Below, piece after piece: positions 28,201-42,400 of a stretch of 64,000 bases of DNA; the first letter of the stretch is position 1; every line of letters begins with the position of its first letter. The translations under genes and the position numbers were made by a program. Origin of the DNA: Sphyrna mokarran (taxonomy: Eukaryota); the NCBI GenBank assembly GCA_024679065.1, contig JAGIQG010000027.1:4650001-4714000 (forward strand), read 5' to 3'. Below the pieces are notes generated by a model. It made no database searches and was not told the origin of the DNA. It was given only the letters and a program-made list of their open reading frames with translations.

Positions 28201-29785
28201 GACACCCAAAAATGGAATGTCTTCAAACAACAACAATTGACATTTTGAGTAGGAAAGACCCATCCTCCGACGTCACCTCAGGTCATTTCGGTGCAAACAC
28301 TAGATTTAGATTTAAAGAATGCAATTCAACTTCGGCCAAACTATACAAGAATTGAGACTCCTTGCGCTTGAGTCAACAGCACTTGTGCAATTATATCAAC
28401 TTGAGTTTTTCAAAGCAGTTATAACGTTCTAACATATTTAACAGCTAAGGATTATTTGTGGCATTCTGCCTTTTAGCTCAATTTAGAATCAATTGTTTGT
28501 TGCAAGTCAGTAAAAAAAAACAAACACCATCACATTAAATTGTATACTGCAGATGGTGGAAAATGACAATCAGCTACAGTCTATAATTGGACGTTCTCTG
28601 TAATCAAATTGCTGTTAAAATGTGAAATCATGGTTTTCCTTTTTCCTTTGATGAGGTTCTATTCTACAAATCACTCGGCAGGCTCAGTGACCACTGTGTA
28701 TGTATCTCTGCATGTGTTTTAAACAGTAGCTGATACTTAATTTTCAGTTTCCAAACTGACAGAAAATGAACAAATTGAAGAACATCTGCGCAAACCCCCT
28801 GAAGTTATACCTTCATACATAAAACAAAGAAAAAATAGACGAAGGCAACATTAAAGCCTAATTGGAGCCTAGTCTTATGCCTTCCTGCAATTGGATGCCT
28901 CCTGTGAGATATTGGCAGATGTGGCTCACTGCAGCAATATGGATCCGGCCTCTTTCATTTAATGTAAAGCAACGTTGTGATAAACTGAGGATCCATTGTG
29001 AATGATTGAGTAATATTTAAATTATCATTTATGATTGAACACACTACATTATAACTAAACAAAGTCATGCCACTACAACAAAGCTGCAAACCATAATAAC
29101 TTGACACAGTGGAACTGTAAAACCCTCTGACCTGCCAGTGTATAACATTTGTTTCCATGCGACCATATTCCATGTGTTCAAATATATACGAAAACTAAAT
29201 TAAGATGGTAGAGAAATGAACCGTGCTGCTTTTCTGCTCATTTTCAAGCTCCCTTGATGTATTTCCAATTTGCCTGTTTTTAAAACATAAAGTAACTTCT
29301 TTAATGCACGTAGGCATTATCAGCGGCTACTTAACCTGATAAAACACTTCACACAACTGCGCAATCTACCTCTATCCACCTATCGGTGTTGTTGACCTAT
29401 ATATCTACCCGTTTATTATACCTTCGCAGTTATTTCTAAAGAATAAAAAATTGGATGCAACTAGTTATGTTTGCAATTACAATACAATTCCAAAAGTATA
29501 CGTTTACAACTAGAAACATTCACAATTTGCGTTATTTAAAACTTTACTACACTATCCATGCACATGAATAGTTACTTTAAATCTATCCGCATATCGAGCA
29601 GATGGCTAATTAACTAGGTGAATACTTCAGGTAATCTGCAATAACAATCCGTTCCAGGCATTATTAGTGGGACCACTTTCCATAATTTATAATACATAAA
29701 ATGTTTTGTCACAGAAACCATTCCTTCGGTTAGCAAAATACCAGAAATTCTTGTTAACTAATATCCATAAGTTTGCGATGACAAT

Positions 29786-29869
29786 AACTGGAGTAATTCA
29801 GGCAGTTTCTTGTCACTGCGATCAAACAGAATCCCAACAACATGAAACTACCTAAGTCACACAACAGTT
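29786..29869 (-). ncRNA. mir196a: miR-196 precursor hairpin (mature 5p at 29833-29854)
   Basis: Minus strand reads TAGGTAGTTTCATGTTGTTGGG (miR-196a mature sequence), a loop, then the complementary arm CAGTGACAAGAAACTGCCTGA and lower stem AACTG...CAGTT. Canonical position between Hox9 and Hox10. Confidence 0.97.
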
Positions 29870-32800
29870 CCATTTCACTTGCACCATAGATTGGTTCTAA
29901 CGAGTTGAGCTCAATTCGTCATTAAAATGAAGACCATCATTGTGAATTATGTATTTTACCAGACATTATTAAAGATATTATTAATTAATAAAAAAGTTCT
30001 CACATTTACAAGAAAGGAAAGGAAGGGAAACTATTTAGAAATTGCATAGTTATAGGCGGCTTCAACATTGTAACCATCTCTGTTTAATTATTCTAGCAGG
30101 AGAGATCACCCCATTTTGGCCATATTTCGGCAGTATTTAGTGTGCAAATAGATATGTAAGAAGCTGAAACAATTGGCGTTACTAACTGAATCAGTACCAT
30201 GTTAAAGAATCAAAGATTTCACTTCCTAACACAGAATCGGCTGACTGCTGCAAAAGCAAACTTAGCAGATCCAAACATTCAATTTTCTACAAAGCCCATA
30301 TGAGTGAAACCGGCCTTAAAGGGTCTTTGGGAAAACGACGTTAACGTGACAACAATGCCCTACCATTCTCATCATGTTTTCCAAAGTCTTGAAAACAAAT
30401 TTGGACAAGTTAGCGAGTTTCCACTTGGAGTTTGTCAAGGAAAGTAAAGTGCGACCATTTCCTGATCTCAAAGCTATGCTGTGCAGAATGCCGCTCGGAG
30501 CCAAACTGCCCAAGTCCAACAAGTCCTACATGACAGCAAATTGCCAAACATATTTATAAGCCATAAAACTTTACAAAAGCGGACGTGGTCGTCCTTGGAG
30601 CATCGTCAGTGCCCACAGTCAGTTACAACCGTCTGGATGGTATTTAAATCACCGACACCGGATACCAAATAAATTTCAAACTGCAGGGTTTTCTTTAGGG
30701 GTGGAAGCATCGGAATTCCCTGTCTTTTTTTCTCAACCATCAACTTGTCCATTTCAGGTCAATTTCACGGGTTCACAATCAGCCAACCAACGTCCATGAT
30801 ATATTCGAGTCAGACTTGATGAAAGAGCCACTAAAGAGCAAATGGCCACAACAAAACTTAACAGGCTTTTAGACATTAAAAAAAATATTGAAATGCCAAA
30901 CACAATTTTATTGTTATCTTTATATCTGCATTTTAATATTAGTCTGTGATCAGGCCCAGAAATAATGCAATCAATTTAAGACGTGAAATATACAGGACAT
31001 GCTATTCAAAAAAAAATACTTTTAACACTTACTTTGCACCATGAAGGTAAAATATTCATTTTAACAGTTATTTCTGAATGGTCCCCAAATATTAACTGTT
31101 TCTTTCCTGGCCCTCTCCTACAAACGAATTGTGCGGAATTCAATGTGCATAGCAGTAGACGTCAGGTAATGGAAAAAAACCTTAAATTCTTTGGTATAAC
31201 AAGTTTCCTTACATATTTTAAAAATAAATATTACATCTTATCTGCCATTACACATTTGTCAATCTGAAAATCTCTACCTAAAAAGACACATGCCAAACTA
31301 ATTGAGAGAACAGAGTATCATAGTTTGTCAGATAATTTGATGAACATTTCAGAGATACATTATTCTTAAGCACAAACACATTTTAATTGCAGTGTATAAT
31401 CTCCAGTAAGATTGTAGTTCATTGCAAGAATGATAATCGACATTCATAATAAGTTGGAAGTTGAATTTTAACAGTTTGCTGTATATTCACATCATTTACG
31501 CAACAGGAGTTCAAATCAACAACTATTCATCTTCCCCAGATCAGTGGCTGACGAAACAATTGCCAGGGATTTTATCTATTTCAGTTTTCTGCTGTATTTA
31601 AGCTGCAATTTGTTCTGTGAGTTCATGTTAATTTATTGGTCTTTCAAATTCCATTCACATTTAGATGGGAAGCTTTACGTCACATCTTTAGTTTGGAACA
31701 GAATCAGAAATTAGACCATGAAATTAGGACTAAGTCTTGTTAAACAGGTTGGTGTCCAATTACACCCCACTAAAAATTAGATCAATGGAAGTTTTCAGTA
31801 ATAAAATTGAACTAGTAGCTAATAGGAATCTATGCCTTTTCAAGGGATATGCGCCAGGTGTGGAGGCCAACTCATGAATATTTTAGTTATTTGACGTTAG
31901 TCAAAGGGGCACAAAAGCTGTATAAGCATCTGCTTTCTCATAACAATTGTAATAAGATCATTAAAAAGTGTTCTGTCTTGATTTTTGTTTCTTAGTTTTA
32001 AAAGCCTCTGTTAATCAATTTGTATCCAATTGATGTTTTATGTCTCCTGCAAATCTTTATGTAAATCAAGTCTTCAGTTATGAGATGCTGTTTTAAGCCG
32101 ACAGAACAGTAAAATATGTTGTTAATCTGCAATACACTGAATGCATTCCTAAATAATTTATCGTTAACATTTTAAGACGTTTCGGTATGAAATACGTTGG
32201 ATAATGCAAGGATTGGTATTATAATCGCTATGAAGTCCACGTGCAATATTCATAGTTTGGATATTTTCATGTACTGCTGTGTCTGTGTATTGATAAATAA
32301 CAATAAAGTTAATTTTGGAATCCCTCGAAACATATTAATAATAAAGATAATACTCGACATTAAATTGGTGAATTTATCTACTGAATGTACATAACACCAA
32401 CGAAAACAATTGTACATTGTTTGATATTATCGTTGCAATGCCCATTCAATAACCTATATAAATAATAGATCTTGCATACTAAGAAGCAAGAAGGATTCAT
32501 GGTAGGCCGACCATCTCTGGAAATAGATTTTCACATTTATACCTTCTCATTACTTTAAGAAACAGCTTTATTTTAAGACGATTCATAATGCATATATCCA
32601 TGACTACGTAGTAATTCAAAATATACCCTTTGATAGACGAGGATTTCCCATAATAATCGACCTCTAATTGTTTCAATATGCCTGCCTATTTTGAGGCTAG
32701 TTTCAAACTATAATTTAACAAGCGCTTCACTCTTGTGCGTGAAGTATGCATACGCAGATGGCGTAGTATATTTATATTAGGTGTCGATTTTTCTGGTGAC

Positions 32801-33295
32801 CCCTCAGTAAGAGGAAGTGGCTGGCAGACGTTAAAATGATTACTTTTGTAAGCGTTAAACATAAACGTGGTATTAACTATACATCGATTAAATCCAAGAA
32901 AAGGACCAAATGGATGAAGCAAGTCAGATTTTATTGCATTTGTGGAACATTCTTTCAGCTCCTTTCCTCATAGTAAAGCGATAGGACATTAAATTATTTG
33001 ATGGCAATTAATGACCTTGCCAGTAAACGAGTCTTCAGATTGTTCCGTTTCAACAGCGAACCAGTAACTTTTTGTTATGTTCAGTTATTTTGAACTTGCA
33101 AGTCCTTCATCCGGCTATGTCCCTTCTCCTTTGCTGGCTTAATGTTGTTCTAGCGACTAGACTTCTGAACTTGCAACCTCTCCCCCTCCCCCAACCCCAT
33201 TAATATTGTTGTAACACAGCAACCACTTCAACGAGACGCTTTATTTCGTCCACCATCTCGTATATGTTTGATTTTGCAAAACACCAATTCTTTCA

Positions 33296-33567
33296 TCAGA
33301 TGGGGAACGTTGCCGATATTTCTCGAACTCTGTGCTCTCTGCTCATCTTTTTTAGTTTCATTCTTCTGTTTTGAAACCAGATTTTGACTTGTCTGTCGGT
33401 TAGATTGACGCTCCGGCTGATCTCCAGGCGGCGCTCTCGAGTTAAATACATGTTAAAGAGGAATTCCTTCTCTAATTCCAGTGTCTGTTGCTTGGTGTAC
33501 GGGCAGCGCTTCTTCCTTCCACCCTTCGCCGTCAGCCAGTTTATCGTATTTTCAGCCTTTGCACTCT
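33296..33567 (-). CDS. hoxb10: HoxB10 exon 2 (homeodomain)
   Basis: Acceptor GACAG|AG; [87 protein letters not shown] at 33298-33296. Confidence 0.95.
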
Positions 33568-35170
33568 CTGTCAATCGGGAAAAACAAATTGTCAAACGAC
33601 CTGCAGAATAAAATGGATTCTGTTCTTCCTCCCTTTTTTTTAATCACCAACGAGACCAGGGGTTGAATAAAGGAATCCCAATTGAGAGCGGGGAGGGGTA
33701 AGGCTGTCGGCACACAGTCAACGAGTTCATATTTTATCCTGATTCTCATTAGCACGTTATTTCAGATCGCAGGATTACCTGTCCTAATGTAACTTCATAT
33801 CGTATCAAAATAAGGGTTTCACCAACTTAAATAGGAGTCGGGCACTTGGGTAAATGACTACAGTGAAGGCCTAAGGTTTGATCTAATACAGGTTGTACTA
33901 ATATTCGATTACTAACGAGATTGAAATGGAAAGTAATGAAATAAGACGTGACAAAAAATTCATAGCACGCCTTTCTCTTACAAAAAAAGTCCCAAAAATT
34001 AATTGCGAATATATTGTTGAGTTTAAAATACAACTGATATTAGCTTGACCATGGCAGACCATACGTCTCAAGTTTCAATTAATGATACCATTTTTCTGTT
34101 AAGAAATTGTTTACACAGTTGAAAATAGACAAATTTAATTTCTGGGTGATCTCAGAGCATTTAAAAGCCTATTAACTTTCCTGAACTAATGTTTTATCCA
34201 GGCGACCTTATTAACGCTTGTTTTAGAATAGAACGGTTGCATTGCAAAATAACCTTTAGCCCTTACAATTTCGCCTTTAAACTGGATTTTCACTTAAAGA
34301 TTATGGCTTGTGTAAATGAGGGGATAAGATCATTCTCGGAAAGGCAACGGGAAAGCACAAACATAGGGACAATCGTTTTCAACAGAAAGTCAGATAAAAT
34401 TTCTCCAAGCTTTTAATTCTTCATTATTTGCTGAAAATCTTACATCCCTTTGATTAATTTTAATGCAAAAGTTGACATTTTTCATGATGTAATTCGACAT
34501 CCTGTTGTAAGTTTTGTGATGAAATGTTTTTTGTTGAACTGTTTCTACATAATCTTTTAGATTGATTCGCAGTTTTATTTTTAAATGTAACATGAACTCT
34601 GGGATAACCTTACTGTATAAAAGGCAGATATTGTTGATGCCACGAATATCGTTGTATTCGAATTGAAATTGTATGAGCTAATCCAATATTAAGAGAAAAG
34701 CTCAATCTTTCCAAATTTACGTTTATCAACATCTTTAGAGTTTGCATTTGTAAAGCACAAGCTATTTGAACTTCTAGAAGACGACAGTGTGTTTTGATGA
34801 AATGCTATACTTAAAATATAAGTGGACATAAAGGCGATAAACCACTAAATAGGTGGTTTTCAGGATCAGAAAACATTAAATGTAATTTCGCTAATGAAAG
34901 TTACGGTCACACAGCAGACACGCTCTTGACTATGTTGAAAGAGTTTAAAACAATGGGACACAGGAAATGGTTTATCAGTCACTAAGTGCATAAACTTGCC
35001 AAACTAATAATCTCCTAAAGAAGGGATCGATATAGGTTAGATTTTCGGCTCATGCGAGAAGCAACGAATGTGATGCAGGGGCAAGTTCCTTACCAGCCAA
35101 ATTTCATTCAGCTTCAAAGGAGAAATACAAGAAAAAAATCTGAGTTTCTGTTCAAAGACATTATGAATTA

Positions 35171-35325
35171 AATAAATGCAGAAAAAACTCAATAGGTGTA
35201 GCAGCGTTTCTGGAGGGAGAACATTTCAGGTCTTGACCATGCATCAGAATGACCCTGAAATCCTAACTTGTTCTCGCTCCCTCCACAGATGCTGCAAAAC
35301 CTGCTGTGTATTTTCAGCATTTTTA
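35171..35325. mobile_element. Palindromic (hairpin) interspersed repeat in the HoxB10 intron
   Basis: Arms at about 35171-35232 and 35251-35325 are imperfect reverse complements; CTCCACAGATGCTGC...CCTGCTG..TTTTCAGCATTT resembles a common chondrichthyan repeat (recalled, family not verified). Confidence 0.65.
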
Positions 35326-38300
35326 GTTTTTCTTTGAGATTTGCAGCATTCACTGCATATTGCTTTTAACCCACACATGAATATTGATTGGCTAGACTGT
35401 TCCTTAGGCCTCAGGGTAGTATTTTATCTACTACATTCCGCATCCAATCGTAATTCCCCAGTATTAAAGCCATTTGCACAGGACATTCCTGTTCTTAAAC
35501 ATTATTTACTACCAGAAACTGGTATTTAACAATTCGCAAATTTTAGCAACCGGGCTCACATTAGGAAAGTTGCTGGCGCCTGCTTTGACCATCCAGTAGC
35601 AATCCATTTATTTGTATTTGTCATATTTTCCAAATGGTTTAGGGGAAAATACGTGAACAACTGAGGGTTTATTTTTCCCCCTTTTGAACTGCGTCTACCA
35701 AATGTTCTGAAAGGTCCAAAATGCAAAGAACTATGTGATAATCAGTGTGAAATCACGTTAGACTTGTCCAAATAATTTTCTTTTCTGGATGTTGCATGTC
35801 AATTTGTTGTTTCTTGTGCTATGGGTGAAAATTGCGTCACGTGCTATATTTTCTATTTAACTGCTGTATCCTGTTGGGGTGGCTCCCGAGATGAAGATGG
35901 AAGCTACATCCTGTGAACAAATAGACCTGAACGCATTTAAAATGTGGATAATGACTCAACAAGATTAAAGTGACCGGAATAGCAAGGGCTTGGAAAGAAA
36001 TACGGCCCTACAGAGTCCGGGGTTCAGTTTAAATATTTCAATGCAAATTTATATTATGTTATAAGCAAACAGCTAAGTATTCACTTATGAAAGTATGTTA
36101 GTGGCTTGCTATTAAGCTTTATTGTACAGTAAATCATGTGACTGAATCCTGCTATCGAGCTTATGAAATAACCATCCTTATTATTTTATGACAACAAATT
36201 AATTATTATTAGAAACTGTGGAAATTTACCAAGCGCTGTCAATGACAATAAACTTTTCCGTTTAATTTTCACTTTGTTACGTACAAGTTCAATTTTAAAA
36301 GGAGTTAAAATTTCAAGTCAATATAAGGCCTCCATCTTTATTAGCTACTTTGTCACGTCATTAGTCTTTGTGTGAAGCTGACGTTACTTCAATGCAGCAA
36401 AGATGGCGGCAGCATTGTTGTAATAGCGTGTAGTTTTCTCTTAAGAGGTTTTTGACATCTATTAAGAATGGAAATTCCATGAAAGTCAAATAACCTGAAA
36501 CTAGGTACACCAGCTAAGCTATGCAATAAATGAAATACAGGAGTTATATGCTGCAAAAAATTAAATAAACCAAAATTGTTCAATTATATGGCACCATACA
36601 AGAATTAAAAGTCAACGAGGACTGAATGTTTTCTTTGAGATCAACTAATTGATGAAAAGAAATCAGGAGATCCCCACAGCTGCAGAAAAAATGCATCAGT
36701 AAATTGTAACAGTCCCCAAACAAGTCTAGTTGTTAGATTGAACAAAACTTTCCCAATTCAGAATCACCCAGTCTGTGATTTGAGTGCTCACTGCTGATTT
36801 CGTCTAGTTCAATGAATGCACCATTGCGTCCATGCACAGTTCAAGATGTGACAAGAATGAAATACAGGTTTCTCTCCCCTTAATTAGGAGATAATTTAAC
36901 TTCGGAGGTGCTCTATGGGTATTCACTGGGCCAAGGGGGCACCTATGACTATTTACAATACTTGGACTCAAATTCTAAGTTTAACGTGTGTTTAACATGT
37001 CTCAGATTTGCATAACAATAAACGCATTTGTATAGCCCATTGTTACTTGATGCTTAGCACAGTTTCCTCGTTTGTGTCATTTGATTGTGTGGGCAAATAC
37101 TCAATAAAACCAATGTTTGCTAAAAAGAGCCCCTTTCAATTCACCATTTATGTTTAGATCTCAACAAAACACAAAACAGACACAAACCGGGAACCAGCCA
37201 CTTGAACTGTTAGGGATTGCAAAGTTTTTACAAAGAGTTTACCGACTTTTTCGTAACTGAAGTGTCGTTGCTTTGCAATGTTTCATTATTTAATGTGTCT
37301 GAGAGGAGGTGAAGGAAATCCGTTATGGTAGACCCACGTTAATTATAACTTCCTCCCAGTTATTGCATCCTGGTGTTTATCCACATTTTTTTCTGCATAG
37401 TGTTTCAGCGTTGGGAAGTGGAAGGGTTACAGATTATAGTTACTTCTTCTGAAAAGTTTTCTCTGAAGATGCAGAAATGCGTCTTATTGATTACCTTAGA
37501 AAGAATCGGCCAATTACTGTTTTGATACTCATCTCATTTCTCATGTGTTAGAATCAGATCAGAGCCATTGGAATCATAAATACCTGCAAGGGAATAGTAT
37601 TTAGAGTGCCTTGGATTACAAATTAGCATGTCCGTTCAATTTGTTTGCCCCTGTGGTTCTTTTATTTCTAACTTACTGAGCAGCAGTTGCCATACATTAC
37701 CGCAATACCTCTGCAGCCCTGTGTGATGTAATTTCTCTTAGGCGCCATAATCTAGTTCCATGGTAACAAATAGAGCTGAAGTAGACATCACGCAGGGCCA
37801 TCTAGCTCATTTTATTTATATTCAGAATTTAGAATTTAGAATTCCATTTCAGATTGTTTTTATACACGAACCTGTCGCTCGGATACTTGCTCGGCAACTG
37901 TCAGACTCAAATTCAATATATCAACACTCACAATTGTTTATTTTAAACATCGCTGGTTGCCAATGCAGTGCCTGCATCAAAACTTTAAACTTGAATATTT
38001 GTTTGTGTATTCATTTAAAATAACATTTATCAGTACATGTGTACGTTTTTGTAAATGTCTACACTAACTAACAATCCCAGCAATATTACACGCATATATA
38101 TACACATTGCTGCATATACTAAGATAACTATACGAGCGGGTAGATTATTAATTATCCGATCAGTTCAATCCGTTCGCCTCTATGTATAGTGCATTACACA
38201 CATCTGCAACCATATAGATAGACGCACTTAACGGAATTATAATATGATACATATGTATATTTGTGAACATTTACCTGTGCATATAATTATTTATTTATGT

Positions 38301-38772
38301 TCATAAAATCATTTAGCTATATGTAAGTATATACCTGCATTTACATAATGTTTTACCTTTGCAATGCAACCTTTGTAATTTTAATTGTATCGGTACTTGA
38401 TCTAACTGCAGTATTCTTCTTAAGCATGTCTTGCTTTTGATAATGCTCATTGTTTTTGCCTAGGCGAGTTGTTTGTATTGGGGACTTTTGCAGCGATTTC
38501 CACTGCAGCTAAGGAGTGGCCTTCAGGAGAGGAACAGTCCGCTGTTTTGATCTTCAAAAGGACACTTAAACGTAATTTACTCTGTCGTAAGGGGCCGGTC
38601 CTATAAACTACTCAAGGTATTAATTTGTACTGAGGGGTCATTGTGCTAGGGACAAAAAGGCTCCTTTATGACCTAAATAAAGTCACCTTGCTGCGGATGA
38701 AATTGCGGTAAATGTTGCTTTTCCGACTGCCTTGTAAATGTTTTTCTTCCTTTCGTTCATGGTTTTACCCAC

Positions 38773-39496
38773 CTTTCATTTCCTTCTCGGGGAGGATTTT
38801 GTCGGAACCACGAAACTGGAAAGAGGCTGTGTCTTGTACAAATGCACTTTCTCTTCCCCCTGCGTTCTTTCCTGGGTCTCCACGGCCCGGATCTTTGGCT
38901 GTGCTCATTTTTAATTCTTTTTCACTTGGTTTTGAGGAGGACGACGTGGCGAAAGAAGAAGTGAAGGAAATGCTGGATTGTATAGAGCACGGAGCAGTGA
39001 CTGGCGGTGGCTGGTTGTAATCCGTCGGTTTGTTTGATGAATAGCTCGGTTCGGAACGGAAATAGCTGGGTATGGGAACGCTGCCACTGTCACTTGTGCA
39101 GCTTTCAGAAATCACCCTTGGATAGACTGAGACCTCAGGGTGCGTCTTCGAGTGCTTACCACCGTCTAATAAACAATAGTTGGCTTCTTCCTTCACACTG
39201 GACGCGAAGGAAAAAGAGTTTATCTGCTGAAGTCGGCCTGTGTGGATGGATGGTGACTGGTTTACCCACCCTGCCATGCCTGGCACGTACTGATGTGGAA
39301 CCAAAGCTATACCTTGCTGGCTGTTCATCTCCCCTTGTTTATGATGTGATTGGCCAACTTGCCAGTTCTGAACCCCGTAGCCCTGGTTCGCCCTGGAGGA
39401 CAAATAACCCCCAGGACAATAAGGTTCAGCCCTTCTGGAGCAAATTAAAGACTTCACTGAAAAGGAGCTGGGAGCTGAATTCTCCGAACATGACAT
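38773..39496 (-). CDS. hoxb10: HoxB10 exon 1
   Basis: MSCSENS... N-terminus with group-10 motifs VKEE..YCL and VPIPSYFR; donor G|GTGGGT at 38773/38772 gives phase 1 matching exon 2; spliced CDS is 996 nt (331 aa); intron 5205 nt. Confidence 0.92.
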
Positions 39497-42400
39497 AGCT
39501 GCAGCTTAATTTGCTGAGGGGGGCTGGGGGGTGGGTGGGGGGAGGAAAAAAAAGGTCTTTATCAAACTGACATTTCACTTGGACTCCTCAGATGCCGGCT
39601 GCGTTCAACTTCCTCCCAGCCAGCCAATTAAATTCATGGCAGCTCCCCGTAGGCCCCGCCTACATCACGAGGGTTTAGAAATGAGAAGAAAATTGATGTA
39701 TTTGTGAGACTCTGAAACACCCGGTCGTTGTGACAAGTACAAGATTGTTAATTCAGCTATGATAACCAAATTAGACAGAATCATGTCTTAGTCCACAAAT
39801 GCAGGCTCACCAGTTCAAATTAAAGAACGTGGTTGCCATGTTCTATGACAAAGTAAAACAGAACAAGGTTATTATTTGCAGTTTTTTTCACACAGTATGG
39901 CGACAGTGGGGACGCGAGAGGAGTTTTGTGCTTTTTCCGAGTCGGTTATATGGGAACCCATGACTGAAGTAAGGGTTCAGTGGAAAAAAGGGGAAGGTTG
40001 AAGTGAGAAATGTACCTGTAGAAACAATATATTTGTTTTCAGGAAGAATAAATATTGACTACACCTCCAGAAATATCCACATTTATAGTAATGCGACAGA
40101 TAAACAAATACATATTAAAACAGTTGCATGCTAACTTATGGTTTTAATTATGATATTAAGTTAAGTGTCATTTACAACATCCCTTTTGGGACATAGAACT
40201 AGCAGTTAACTTAAGATGAAGTCAAGTATATATATTTGACACACAGACACCCACAGGACATTAAAAGTTTGTGCTTGCTTTATTTGCTAATGGGGATATT
40301 TTTCACATGATGATAGCCCTAGGGTGTGGAATCTGCAGTTTCCAATCCCTGAGCATTCATACACAACTGCATGAAAATATACAGCTTAAGTAGTTTGTAA
40401 CCTGCAACAAATGTTTAGCTTTAGTTCTAACTTCACCTCTTGGTCCTCTGTTGGATTAAAAGAGAAGGGGTTCAGAAATAGCCACTTTTCCCTTCACCTA
40501 GAGTCATTTTAATCTTTTTAGCTTTAAAATAAGCTCTAAAAACAGCAGTTAGATTTGATCCATTTTTCCATTTAGAAACTTGTTGTCATCTTGTGTTTCT
40601 CAATAATTGGCAATGGCAACATATCTTCATAAAGCTTCGATTTTATGTTCCGGAGTCTTTCTTCTTTTTGTCTTTTTTTTTGGAAATTTTGAGTCCTGTA
40701 TTTGTTCTTAATGTTTCTTAATGTTTCATGCTTCAACACATCTAATTATTCTTGTACTCACATTTGCTCCAGCGAGTTAGAGAATTGGACACATAAATAA
40801 ATAATCAAACAAATAAACGAGTAGATCATTTTACGAATGAGTATGTGAATATTGTGTCTCAAGGAAAGGAATCTCACGCTTACAGTGCAGTTGTGCCGAG
40901 CTGCGCATTAAGAGGCCAATCGTTTCGTCATTTATACATAAGCATTAAATCTGACTTTATACACCCCTAAGGTTTTCAACTAAGATCAAATCTCCTTTGC
41001 AAACATGTTTTGCAACAGCAGTTGAATTAAACTAGTGTTTTTTTTAAAGAAAAGCAATGAGTATGTAAGTTGTCTGTTTCCCGAGAGTGGAATATTTTTA
41101 TATCTGTCAAATTCAGGCACAGACGCCAATGCAGTATAAAAAATCTATATTAACAAAAAATGAAGTTTTGACTCTGAAATACTATACCCCATGGGAGGGG
41201 GGGGGGTGTTCACGCTCCCAACTGTAAATATATAAGGAACAGAAAAAAAATTAAATCTGACGATGACACATAGGGGCATATTTATTGGCAATTGGCTAAC
41301 TAACTATAGATTTGGAGCAATTGTCCTTTTCAATGCCAATTAAATCTGTTTTCGTGACTCAAGTTAAATGTGTACACTCCGCACATTTGTTCATCGTCTG
41401 GAAGCAATGCCAACGAAATCCGACCGGAACTCAATTGGTTCGCCCATTACTAATTCGAGCGGAGGTAAGATTCGACACTTCTCACACTGTTTGCTGCCCC
41501 CACCCCCGAAAATCATATCTTCTAAAATGCAAAGAAAGCACCTTTGTATGGATAACTGGACTTAGTTACAATTTGTAACCCAGTAATATTTCAGAGCAGC
41601 AACAGGGGATTGTAGCATGTTATTGCCACGTGGACGGGGCACGCGTGGGGGCAATTTCCGTCCCGAACTTGCAGCAATAATTTCACAGAAATGACTGAGA
41701 AGCTGCCTGTGAGAGAATAAGCAGAGGATTATCCTGGCTCAAGCTCATTACAAGGCCCCGGAGTACGGTATTCTGGACAGCCGTGTAAAACAATCTAAAG
41801 CGTGGTCGACAAATGTGGATTCATAAGCGTTATACAGTGACAGGAGTGCAGTATCTGAATGAAGAACATCACACTGAAACCTGCATCACTAACTCTCAGC
41901 AAGACATGTCAATAGCGAGCATTATCACTCCCAAATTAGCGAATTAAACAGGAATAAAAATGCAGGACTCAGAACTGTACACAATGCTCCCACACTACTT
42001 GCAAATCTCTGAGTATGTGTGCAATTCATACTTCACGTAACTGCGATCTGAAATCTCATTTACTTTCTATGATTCACCTGAACACAACATTGCACACTTC
42101 TATTGATCGATACAACGCAGTAGATGTTGTAACCAAGGTTGCATACGATATATTTGCAAGTATATGATCAGTGAGCCTGTTAGAAGTTAAAATTTCTGCT
42201 GTCATACTTTATTAGGAAAGTACACTGGCGAAATTAGGGATTCGTAACCTCTTGAGAAAAATTGTAAAAACTGCGTTTAGAAATCATAAGGCGATAGGGA
42301 GGCGTCAAATAAATCTCAAAAAACCATAGGATTTGGGGTGTTTTAATGAGCAATCCCGCCTCAAATGTGACTAAGTAAATAGAGAAGTGAAATGAGTATA

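Noticed and set aside
38769-38772. Alternative HoxB10 donor GG|GTAAAA 4 nt downstream
   Set aside because: It would give phase 2 and frameshift the homeobox exon.
38712-39498. Antisense ORFs of 102 and 163 aa over HoxB10 exon 1 (similar ones over HoxB6, B8 and B9)
   Set aside because: Expected shadows of GC-richer coding sequence, with no recognisable domain.
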